Shown piece after piece: positions 39,401 through 50,960 of a stretch of DNA of 64,000 nucleotides; position 1 is the stretch's first letter, and every line of letters starts with the position of its first letter. Below the pieces are notes generated by a model. That model was not told the DNA's origin. It did not search any database and saw nothing but the letters and a program-made list of their open reading frames with translations. Source of the DNA: Acanthaster planci (lineage: Eukaryota); the NCBI RefSeq assembly GCF_001949145.1, contig NW_019091361.1, forward strand, positions 620,001 to 684,000. Reading direction: 5' to 3'. The position numbers and the translations under genes are program-made.

Positions 39401-42400
39401 AATAGGTATGGCTAAACTGCTTCAGGTATTCATGAATGTAGTCACAATAGTAGAGAAGCTTCCAGACAACACAATCATACTGTGTTACAGCATAAGAGGT
39501 CTTTGGGGAGTACAAGATGCTATGTTACAATACTTTCCCTTACTGTCTAATAATAGGCTTGTCCTAATACATGTAGGACTGAAGTGGCAAGAGCATACTC
39601 GTAAGCACTAATAAAGGGGGTTACACCATTGCGTTTTTGCCGTGGTTAAGTTACAAATTGGCTAATTATGGGGCATAAGATCAACTGCACATTTCATTCC
39701 AATGACTTATTTCATGTGTGAGTAAACTGCTTTGAGAAAAATGGAGAAAAACACAGTGGCCTTTTCAATGGTCAAATTGAAGATCTTATAATTTAGCTTG
39801 TGCAAAATTCATGAACTACAGGGTGTTTTGAGTGAATGAACAACATACACGCAGGGTCCATCTGCAGATGAACAAGTGTGACAGGTGCTCTTGCCTTTCA
39901 AAAAGAGCATTTTCCATGGCAGAGAGTACTCAGCAAATTTACCTTTAAGCAATATGCCTCTCTGACAATGCAACACTATGACTTTATGAAAAACTTCATC
40001 GCCCAGTAAAGTTACAAGTCAACTTGTGTCCACAATGTGAGATGATCATGCACGTGCGTGATTATGCTTTGTGTCCACACTTTCACATCAGTTTACACAT
40101 CAATTGAAGTCTAAATCCAGTCTCCGTTTACGAACTAACAGGCTAATTATGGGTACAGAGGAAATTATATCTGGAAACAGGAGGTTTAACATCTAGAAAT
40201 CAGAGTTTCATTGCCAACAATTCTCTCGCTGTGCATGAGCTTGGAACAGCCGCTGTGATTTGGATTTACCATTATGCTTTGGGGTGAAAGTGGGATTGCA
40301 ACATTGCTAGGATAAGAAAATCCCTTTTGTAGATAAAATTTGACCTTGAACTGATCTAATTTCTTTTTAAATTTATACCTTACAGTTGTTTCCCTCTGTT
40401 GTCAGTTTTCAAAGCATTTTGTAAAATTCCACCAGTGTATTTTGCTACTCTTAATCTTACTATTACTCATTTATAATGACATGATAGTTGGCTGACCATC
40501 TTTAAAAGAGAACAAAATTTCTGTTTCCTCAACCACTACTGTAAATCTACTGGTAGGTGGAAATATGTTACAGACTGACTGACGCTGGTATTTACTTTCC
40601 AGTAAGATATTCAAGGATTCTTCAGCAGTCCCATTTTCGTGATTTTATTCAATGGTGTTACCTACCTTAAAGGGAAACTGTACACTGGAATACGGGCAGG
40701 GTTTCACAGGGGTATGACTAAACCATAGCCAGAAACGGGGGTAGGATAGACCTGATTGGGGTAAGATGGGATAATCTGCCTTGAGCAGAAGCACCCACTC
40801 ATCGGTTGAAAAGAGCCATGTTGGTGGGGAGAGTTCGTTTTGTTGGTTCAGAAGTTAGACTGGCGTTATTTCTCCTTTTTATGACATAAATGGAACACAT
40901 GAGCAATTTCATCTCAGATAAAAAGTTCCAGGCTTATTTAGGGACAAAGAGTTAACAAGTTAGACCATTGGCATCATTTCTCTCTTTTTTATTAGCAAGG
41001 AGCCCACTTGCTGTAAGTTTTACCCCTTTTTAATACATTCCAAAATCAAATAACAGTAATTCAATTAACAATTTGCATAATGAACAATTTCTGAGAGCAA
41101 TTATTTCAAATGATGAATACCAAATTTCTGTCTCCTTCACGTTAGGAAGTCTTACTTGGATCCAAATTGGTTGATTCCTGAAGGAAAACAAGCCAGAACA
41201 ATGTCCATGGAACACAAAAAAAATGCCAGCAAGATTGTAATAATTGTAAAAATTTAATCAGAAAACAATACTCAAGACAACTTTTTATCATGTTGATATA
41301 CTGCACCACTACGTATTAGAAACAGGAAAATTGTATTTCTTCAGACCTTGTGCTGTGTAAAATGTACTTAGTTTCAATCGCTATAGTGTAACTTACAATT
41401 TTTGGCCAAATTAGACGATCAAAATAAAATAAGCAGATATGAAGAAAGTCATACCACCTTGGTAGTGGGAAGACAAAAGAACGCACAAAAATAGACCTTC
41501 CTGCTCCAGAATCAAATCAGTCAACTGCATTCAAGTTAATATCAAATTTATTTCTGCCGTTAACAGTTACTGATCAATGCAGACTATCTCTGACTTTGAC
41601 ACACATACTGTGCACATGGAACTGCAAGTTGGGGTCCCTACACTGGTTAAAGGGGAGGAGGCAATAGGTGTAAGTTTCCATCTGTCTTCTTGATTTATAC
41701 CCCCTCCCCTAACAAAATTATTTCTGACCCTGTTTCCCGAGAAATTTTACGAAATTATATGGTGACCTTACAATGACTATTCTACCTTGCAATATTCCTT
41801 TATTTTGACAGGGAGCAGAATCTAAAACACCATATTTCTCAAGGAAAATAGAAAGTCAGATATTGCTTGAATAGGAGGGAATTCCTTTTGAGGCACTTGT
41901 CTAAGTACCCACAATTTCTCCTGGTTGTATGCCCCTTCTCACTTATCTTCCTAAACTCTCTTGAAAAAAATCTTGAAAACAGTTTACTTCCTGTTCAGTT
42001 GATGATACTGACTTTGACTACTATGAACACAGACAACAGTCAATGTACGTGTAATACATAAACCATTCCTTCATACAAATCACATGAGGCAGTTTTAGCG
42101 ACGTTCATACGTAACATATCGTTGGTGTCAACATTAAATTTACTAACAGATAGCATCAAGTCTTTGATTTTCTTTGGACTGCAAAAATCAGTTTCTATGA
42201 AAATATTTTTCAGAGAATCTTTTAAAATGATGGCTGCTCTGCACATTGGATACTTAGGGAATCAAGACATTTGGGCTTGAACTTCTCAAGTACGTCGGCA
42301 GAAAAAACAGAAATAGGTTCAGTTGACTTTATAGTAAATGTTAGAAATACATATAATTTCAAACAAAAGGTTTCTTACTTATCAAATTTTCAGATAACTT

Positions 42401-44880
42401 TAAATTTTTAGGAGGAACTGCAGTCAAATTACATGGTCAGGAAAGATCTGAATCAGAACTCAAACCAAACCCCAACTCCCATACTAAGTAAAACTACTGG
42501 TTTCAGGCTACCAGTATTTAATCCCCCGTTAATCATTTCATGGGGCATGTAATAATTCCAATATTTATTTTGCCTGTTATCAAAACAGCTTCAAATGTTC
42601 AGAAAGTCCTTATTCACGGCTGAGGAGAGATGCAGCTTTTTTGCTTCCCAAGCTGCCGACTAAGCCTGAATGGTAGGTATATTCAATCCAGTCAAGCCCA
42701 CTGCTCATGCAAAAGCCAACTGCCCCGTTAATACTTAGCCTGCCCCTGTCTTTTCAACTATGTCACTTTTTCCCACTGACTCCGGCAGGGGTCAACGTTC
42801 CTCAGGTAAGCTAAGTCACACACAAAGCCAAAGCCAACGCTTCCCCTCACCGACTGGAAACAATTTCCCGGCATCCTGCAAGGAAACTTCACAACACCTT
42901 GAGTGCCCCAGGGCATCCCCACACCGGGAAGTGTGCGATTTGTTCAGATTACAGCTCAGCTCCCAAGCCGAGTTGTAATTCAACATTTCTCAGCATCCCC
43001 CAACCCTTCACGTGCCTACCTACAGGTTTTCTTTTTTTCTCTCTCTCTCAATTACTTTTCATTCCAATTTGGCCAAGCTGACCTCTTGTGTTGGTTGTTG
43101 GACCATCTCAACTTCTAAGGTGTTTCATTTGATTCATTTCCAATTTCCTCATTCATCAAGTCTGACATGATCCAGAAACCATTTCTTATTCCTTCTTCAA
43201 CAACATCATCTAAATTTGTTTTCTAGTCTTAATTTTAAAGGAGAGGAGGTTGTATACCATCAAATGATTTTGATTTAAATCAATACAAATTAGTTGGTAA
43301 AGAAGTTCCCCCTATAGTTTGCATGTGTATTCAACACAAACTATTTGTGTTTTTATACTACATAATGAGGAATTGAAGAAAAAGCAACATGCCCATTTAT
43401 GAAACCCTAACTTACGACACAAGGATTTATAAAAATCACTTAAATCTGGTAAGTTAACAGAGACTTTAATATCAATTCAGTGCATGCCATGCACTTTTGT
43501 CAATCCAAGGATGTATGATAAATCCACCCAGTGTTTTCATCTTTTGTTTAAATTCCTGTTTGCTTCCATCCAAAAGTAGATTTCAACTTCCCCCCGGAAA
43601 TGTCAAATTACAGCACCAATGAATGCCAGTTCCTTTCCAGATTTCACTGATTAATTATTGTGCAATTCCAGAACATCCAAGTCCAGAGAGAGGAAGAGGA
43701 AAAATTCTTTCTTTTTTGAGGAAAAAGTCACTGATTCCCACAGGAAAGATGATGGCCTGAGCTGTGTCCTCCTTATCTCTTGGTCGGTCATATGACCTGG
43801 AAGTACACAATTTGTGGCCCATTAGCCCTGCTTCTCTTGCTAGGCCATGGTTACATTGTTCTCCCTTTGGCGGAACTTATTCAGCGAGTAACTTACCTCT
43901 AGGGTATCGCCAACTCATCCCAGTCTCTTTTTCTCTACCTTCAGGGGTGATTCACCTCTGATTTTTCCTTTCTTGATTACATCCACTTTTTTCCACTATA
44001 AAGGATGGATTTTTTCCCCTTTTTTGACAAGTAAACATCATGATTGATATCTCGACAAAAAGCTTCAACACTTCTGGAGAAAATGACATTTTTCAAATCT
44101 TGTGTGTCTCGGAGCAATGACATAAAGCAGTTCTTATAATCTGATGTAGATTTCAAAGTAAGACATTCAATGACAAGGTTTTCAGAAAAACAAAACCAAG
44201 AGCATGATTTAAGTTTAGTTTCCTGAAACGACTGTAACACAAGTAAGTTTGCAGTTGGCAAAATTGCTTCAGGAAATGAATAAATATCAAGTATGTAAGA
44301 CTATACACACCTGCCTTTAATGTAAATCAATACAACTGCATTCAGTGCAAGAAAAGAAGAACAATGCAGTTTCTTTTAATGACTACATAATCAACAGTAT
44401 CGCCGACTTCCACATTAATCAACAGTTCTCTTTCTTTATGTAATAACGTCACCTATGTGGCCTTTAATAGCATTCTAAAATGTTAAACTTTTTGCAGTGA
44501 CAGCATTTACGTGTAAGTTAGCAGTTCAAACCAAATGTTGTTCTGAGAACATAAATAAAAAAGGGAAAAAGACATTTAAGACCAACTGTTCATGTTTCAA
44601 AGTGAATCACATGTAGTCAGACTTCTTACTGACACATCAGACAAACATTTTACCTTTATCCTTAACAAATAACCAAACTATTCCCTATGTTGCCAGAACC
44701 TCAAGGGTCCTAGACTATTTCCACGCATTATGCTGCTGAGGGTGACTTTCCTGGGGAGGGTAGGTTGGGATTTCTATCAATCAGATTGATGGTAGACTTG
44801 GTCCTCAGTCATTAGCCAAAGGGGAGGTGGAAATGGTCGATAATAACAGTATAGGGTGTTGAACCTGTACGTTAAAGCCG

Positions 44881-44946
44881 AGCTACATGTAGCTGGCACA
44901 ATACATGTAGGCCTACATGTACAATGGGGAACTATGTACATTGTAC
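44881..44946. repeat. Palindromic TACATGTA/TAGGCCTA micro-repeat cluster
   Basis: Perfect palindromes agctacatgtagct (44881-44894) and tacatgtaggcctacatgta (44902-44921). Confidence 0.85.
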
Positions 44947-45598
44947 TACATCACCTGTTTGCAACTAGTCTGTTAAAGGTTAAAACAGTCATAAACTCTA
45001 TGGATTGCTTATAACTTGCGATAAGAATCATTTTTCCTTTTACCTGCTGGGCTACTATTATACTAAGAGTATCTCCTGACAGTAATTCTGCTAAGCAGAT
45101 GATTCAGCTTTTTTAAGAACTGGTTTTTTTCCTGAAGCCAGAATGACTCAATAATGTTCAAGTCCCTTGTAAATTTAGAGATTTGCTCATTGGTTTTGGC
45201 ACATCCAAGTGTGGAGCTGATCCACAGTACTGACTGGAATCACTGTGAGGGTAGAAATAGGTCATGACCTCAGCCTGTGGTACAGCCTCTGCCCTACTTT
45301 GATGAGCCTGACTGAAGTCATGTACCTTCAGGCTTTGTGACATGCAAGATAGACAGGAAGACTGACCGTTTAAGGGAGGACAACTCCTAGGAGTACATTT
45401 GTTCCGAGTATTTTGGCCCTCTTGCCTTATTCTTAAGGCTGTGATGTGTGTGAACAAATGATGCTAACTTTTTTTACATGGCAGTGATGTCCCTTCAGGC
45501 AAGTACATGCATCTCTAGGTTTGCGCACTCAGATGGAATCAAGTAAATGTACATTGTAAAATGAGTCTCTTGTCACAAATTTCTGTATGGAGATATTA

Positions 45599-46227
45599 AA
45601 CTGGATAGCAAAAGAAACTTGCCACTTCCGTCAAAGGCCACGCATAAAAATTTTCCCAAGGAAATAAACAATTTTTGTACACAGGTATGTTGCAATACCC
45701 CTTACTAATCACATGCCCAAAAGCAAGTGATTATCTTTATAACAAAGAAGAAATTGTCATGCACAGCAACTTGGTTACTAAATCAAAAGTCACAGAATGT
45801 AACAGAATGAGCCTTAAGTTTTACAAAGAAATCAATGTCACAGGACGAAAAAAGAAGTCACAATCATTACTTTTCGATAATGTGTATGCATAGTCAGTAA
45901 GGATGGCATCCCTATACGGAAACCACTCATGCACATCATTTTGACAAAACAGGTGTTCACTTTGTCATTGGTTGTTTAAAATGTTGTCCATTCATTGGTC
46001 ATTTTTGCTTGGTGGAGAGTGCTTTTGTGTGTGACTTTTGATTCAGTTATCAAGTTGCTGTGCATGTCAATTTTTTCTTCGTTATAAAGATAATCACTTG
46101 CTTTTGAGCATGTGATTAGTAAGGGATATTGCAGCACACCTGTGTACAAAAATGGTTTATTTCTATGGGGTGAATTTTTATGTGTGGCCTTTTGACAGAA
46201 GTGGCAAGTTTCTTTTGCTGTCCAGTG
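45599..46227. mobile_element. MITE with long TIRs, Tc1/mariner-like (TA target duplication)
   Basis: Imperfect ~195-bp inverted repeats at 45599-45794 and 46030-46227 (ctggatagcaaaagaaacttgccacttc... / ...gaagtggcaagtttcttttgctgtccagtg). TA at 45597-45598 and 46228-46229. No transposase ORF. Confidence 0.9.
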
Positions 46228-46624
46228 TATTCAGACCTCAGATATAAAATTCCAGACATCACACCTTTCTGTGTTTCAACTTTCATAACTTCTGAACCAA
46301 AGGATGGATCACCATGGGGTTTTAACAGCAACAAAGTTTATATACTATGTTCTTTGCAAATATACACTAACCTATAAATTTCGCAGGGTTGACAAGAGAC
46401 TCAGTCTGTTTGATCACATCATATATGGTGCACAGTATGCATGACTGAGAAGAATGGGCCTCAAGCTGGACCAGGAGAAGGCGCTATTTTCTTAGCAACA
46501 GAGTCTCCTTTGGTCGGAACTGAACTTTGCTGGTTCACAAATGTCTAGGAAATGCATACTTCAAGGTCACATCACTGGCAACAAATTGAACATTCCCGAC
46601 CAATGCAGCTCTTTTTAACTGATA

Positions 46625-46640
46625 CCACTGAGGGGGCGCT
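46625..46640 (+). promoter_or_regulatory. CTCF-like motif (imperfect 5' half)
   Basis: CCACTGAGGGGGCGCT. Confidence 0.35.
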
Positions 46641-49600
46641 TCTGCTCCAGACAGATTACAGCCAGCTTTTCTCTTCTTTGCTAGTGAGGAACACTTATAC
46701 AGATAAATGGACACTTTATCATTACTTATCTTTTTCTCTCTTACTTGACTTGAAATGTCTCATGCATGTAGCTGATAGTAAATGAACAATTTGAGAAAGA
46801 AAAATGAGGATCAAGTGAAAGAAGCTTTTTGACTGACCAAGAAGCTACACCTACATGTGGATCAATTTTCTCCCTGTTGCTTGATGGATTCAAAGAAAAA
46901 AACTTGGCCAAAGTCATCAACTTGTAGACGACAATCTACACTGGTGTTCAGTAAACACTGATCCTCCAAACAACCTGTGAAAAGCCACGGTCCACCTCCA
47001 ACATTTTCACCAATAACCCTTAAATAAAATTAAAACCCTGGTGACAAATTACTGTAGACAAATAGTAAGCTATGGCACACAACAAATACACAAATGAATG
47101 CTGTGATCAGCTCAAGCCCATGACTAGCAGTGATGTATGATACAGACAGCAGCATTTTGATAGAGCGAACACCCTGTAACTGTCTAGGGGGCTTCAACTT
47201 AATCCCAGGTCTCTCTGGGCCAGCAAAGAGATGAAGCATTGCAACAGGTGCCATGTTTATTGAAAGTCAAACATTAGGCAAAAATGCATGAACCAAAAAA
47301 ATATTGCAAACAAACATTTTCTAGGTCGAGTGGGAACGGATGCTACTGATTTGCACTCGATGTGCAATAAAAACAAGCGGAAATGAAAAGGACGAGAGAG
47401 TTCTATATTGTATCACTACAGTAGCCACAGACCAACGAATTGTCAACTTTGCAAAACTGTTTAACTACTCCCAACAATTAAGGGGTATCAAAACATGAGA
47501 GCAACACCGTAGACAAATGCTGTGTGACTAAGCACATCTCCCCTACATGTACCAATACTGTTCACTGATTTCTCTTATTTGTTCATTTATTTATCAAATG
47601 TTAATTCAATGGCAGGAAAAAATCTTTCTTAAGCTATATTTACTAAAGAAATGAAGCCAAATAATTGAAGAGAGACTTAAGCAGTCTACAGAGTAGAACT
47701 ACTGACAATCTATACAGGTTTAAAGTCTGGCACCAAGAATAACTGTACATATACCGACCAACATGTAAAAAAGACGTTCAAGTTAAGTTCTTACGTGTGT
47801 TGTGAGGGCAGTGAGGCCTGCCTTGAACAGACAGGATTACCAACAAATTTGACACACTCCACAAGATGGGGACCACTAAAATGATGCAATTATTATATCT
47901 AAAAATGCAATATAGAACCACATGAAACTGACAATCTTGTTAAAGTCCACCTTCACAAAGCTGTATACTGTCTTTCTGTCGTTATTTTTATCACATGAAC
48001 TCATTTTGCTCATTTCTAACAACCAAGGAGAAAATGCCTATGGCTCACAACTAACCAGGCAGTCTACAGTCTATCAATAACCCCCCCCCCCAAAATATGG
48101 AGTCATCACGTCCCCAATGCTTGGTCAGGCTAGGGTTGCATCCTGTCATCATGATGTCAGTTCCCTCAGCATGGTTTAGCAACTCCCCAAAGAGTAACCA
48201 GTCTTCTGAACCCAGCAGGGGAGTGTTATGCTCCATCAATTGTCACCCTGCAGGGGGAAGTCGACTTCATCTACAGGGGCTCTGAATGTCAAAGTTCAAA
48301 TACTATTCCGTAATAGGGGGCCTCTCCGATTTTGCTTGTCCCATGGCCCAGGACTTTGACACTAAGGTTGAACATTTCAAAATATGCCAAATCTGGAAGG
48401 ACTAATCTCCAGTAGATGGAATGACATCACAAACAATCCATTACTTGGCAAACCAATTAAGTTTTCATTTTCTAAAATGCAGGTTCTCATTAAAATTTTT
48501 CCAGGGATTTTGTGACTGAATTAACCATCAAACTGCAAGACTTGAAGCTGAAAGTCTCCTTCACAGACACACCTGCTGTACCTGGAAAAGATCTCTTCAG
48601 AATCTCAGAAGGGCACAAATCCCCCGCTGATTCTCAAAGGAAATTATGAACACATCCCTAATTGCGTTTTTAATTAAGTTAAATGGAACCAAGCAAGATT
48701 ACTACTGGTAAAAGGCCAATTTTTTTTTTTAATAAAATGCAATTAGAAAGTAGAAATAAGGCATCTGGATGCATGTAGTAGAACCTTTGGTTTGGTTGGG
48801 CTATCCTGCTTGGTACTTTTTGTGGATGATTTCTTTAAAGAGCCACTTTGATCAGGGCAGACAGACATGACTAGTCGAAAAGCCCTCAAACTCAGCCTAA
48901 TTTACGGTAGACCTGGTGCGTAGTGTTAACCATGGCAGGGCCACTGCCCTTGTCTTGACCTAACGGCAGCATCCTGGCTCCCATACTAATCCTCAAGGTG
49001 CGTGCCAGATCATGGGGCAGAGGGCATGGTCGCTGTGGTTCACTGACCGAGATTTAACCGCTGCAGATAGAGACAGTCAGTTGAACTCTCAACAAATCAG
49101 ATTCCATTTCTTTTTGGGCTCTAAATGACTTGGTAGTGTGTAGGGGGGGGGGAGGACACACTGACGTTTTTCCATAGCCAGAGGAGATTGTCATCTTGAT
49201 TGCAATGTATTCAATTCATTTCTGAGTTCGGAATTCTGATTTCCAAGGGCTTTGAAGTAAGGCACGACATACAAGGCTGTTGAAATTGGAAAAAAAAAGA
49301 CAATGTCTTGACTACGAAAAGGTCATGTCTAGTGGAGTATCTTCATTTTACTTCCAGCACTAATTACCTCTGGTAGTGTTATTCTGTCTTCATGCCCCAT
49401 TGGTTTTTGTGGACACTGACCTAGCCACAAACAAGAGATTTTCATTTTTATCCAAATTTTCAGAAGATTGGTTTAAAAAAAACACCTGATAGACTTCCTC
49501 TGTGTTTTCTTTTCAAAATCTGATTCGGGCTACTAATGTGATAATGATGAGCTCATCATGGTTTAACAGCAAATGTGTGCACAGATAAAAAAAAACCAAG

Positions 49601-50816
49601 AAAAGCTGTAGGCCCTACATGTAGGAAAAGGCAAATTGAGCAAAAACAACCATCATTGCTGCTAATTGGAAAGGCACTGACCATTTGGTACTATATAATC
49701 AGCCTTCTGTCTATCAGATGGACTTGAGGAACTTAAGGGAAAAAAACCCTCACTGCTGGACAACAAATCAAATCAGCCATTGCAACATGATCACGATGGC
49801 CTCAGGGGAGACAAGGTAACAATGCGTAATGGAATTACCTGTGTCTAAAATAACGGCACAGGTTTCTCTGTTAGACATCAATGGACAATGTGCCAGGTAA
49901 TGTATAGTAGCTTAGGATCTTCTGGAAAAGACAGACCACAACATCCATGGGTTACATCATTTTTAGGTTTACAAGAAGGGAACACACATGCTAAGGGTTA
50001 GCATCATACTGTTAAGTCCTAATGATACATTGCTTCCGTGCTGAATAGAAAGAAACAAGTGCAGTACTTCCTTACTTGATGAATGAATTCAATGTCAAAG
50101 GTAATTTCTGGGAGTGAGGCACTTTTGCAGGTGGTTTAGCACTGGTTTCTGGGAAGGAACGGGCAAAGAGGGTCAACTTGATTCAATCCCACATGGCAAG
50201 GTCACAGCAAGAAAATTTACAATGTGAGCCTTGCCAGTGGTCTGAGTGAAGTCATCCTATTGGTGGAACCAAAAAGCATTTACCCTGAAGCAATCATGTC
50301 ACACCCAGTCAAATAACATTCAATGTGCAGGCACAAAATATCTCCAAAAATTAAAGTTATACTGAGATCCACTTCATTTATCAAAATCTTAAATCAAAAC
50401 AAATCCTGCACAGTGTTATCACATCCAGAATATTTCACACACCTGTAGGCATTTTGTAAACTGTGATCAGTGGTATTGATGTAACAAATGTCAGGAATAC
50501 ATGTACATATCTGTATAGATTCTGGATCTCTACATCAAGTTGTCTTAGCTTATCTGGTCTGACCAGCACGTGTGGTGAAACTCCCAGAAAATAGCTGGTA
50601 CCAGTATACCAACTAAACAAGTCCTACAATGCCCACAACCCACATCACAGAGAGATTTCAGGAGTACCCCCCCCACACCGCAATCAACATGCTGTTAAAC
50701 AGTGAACTATTCTTACAGTTCTCACTGAATACTATCCAACATTACATCTTGCTCTTTGGCTGGTTTCTCAAATAACACTTTCTAATGTCCTGATGTCAAT
50801 CACATCAATGGACTCA

Positions 50817-50960
50817 AGGCACAGACTAGCCCACACATTCTTTCCACCAACTCAAAATACTCTTGGACAAAACATGGCTTCGCCTGTAGGCACAGACTAA
50901 CCCACACATTCTTTGCACCAACTTAAGATACACTTGGGCAAAACATGGCTCCACCTGTAG
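50817..50960. repeat. Tandem duplication, 71-bp period, 2 diverged copies
   Basis: ggcacagacta(g/a)cccacacattcttt...caaaacatggct..cctgtag starts at 50818 and again at 50889. Confidence 0.92.

Noticed and set aside
49140..49156. G-run as a G-quadruplex
   Set aside because: It is a single homopolymer without four separated G-tracts.
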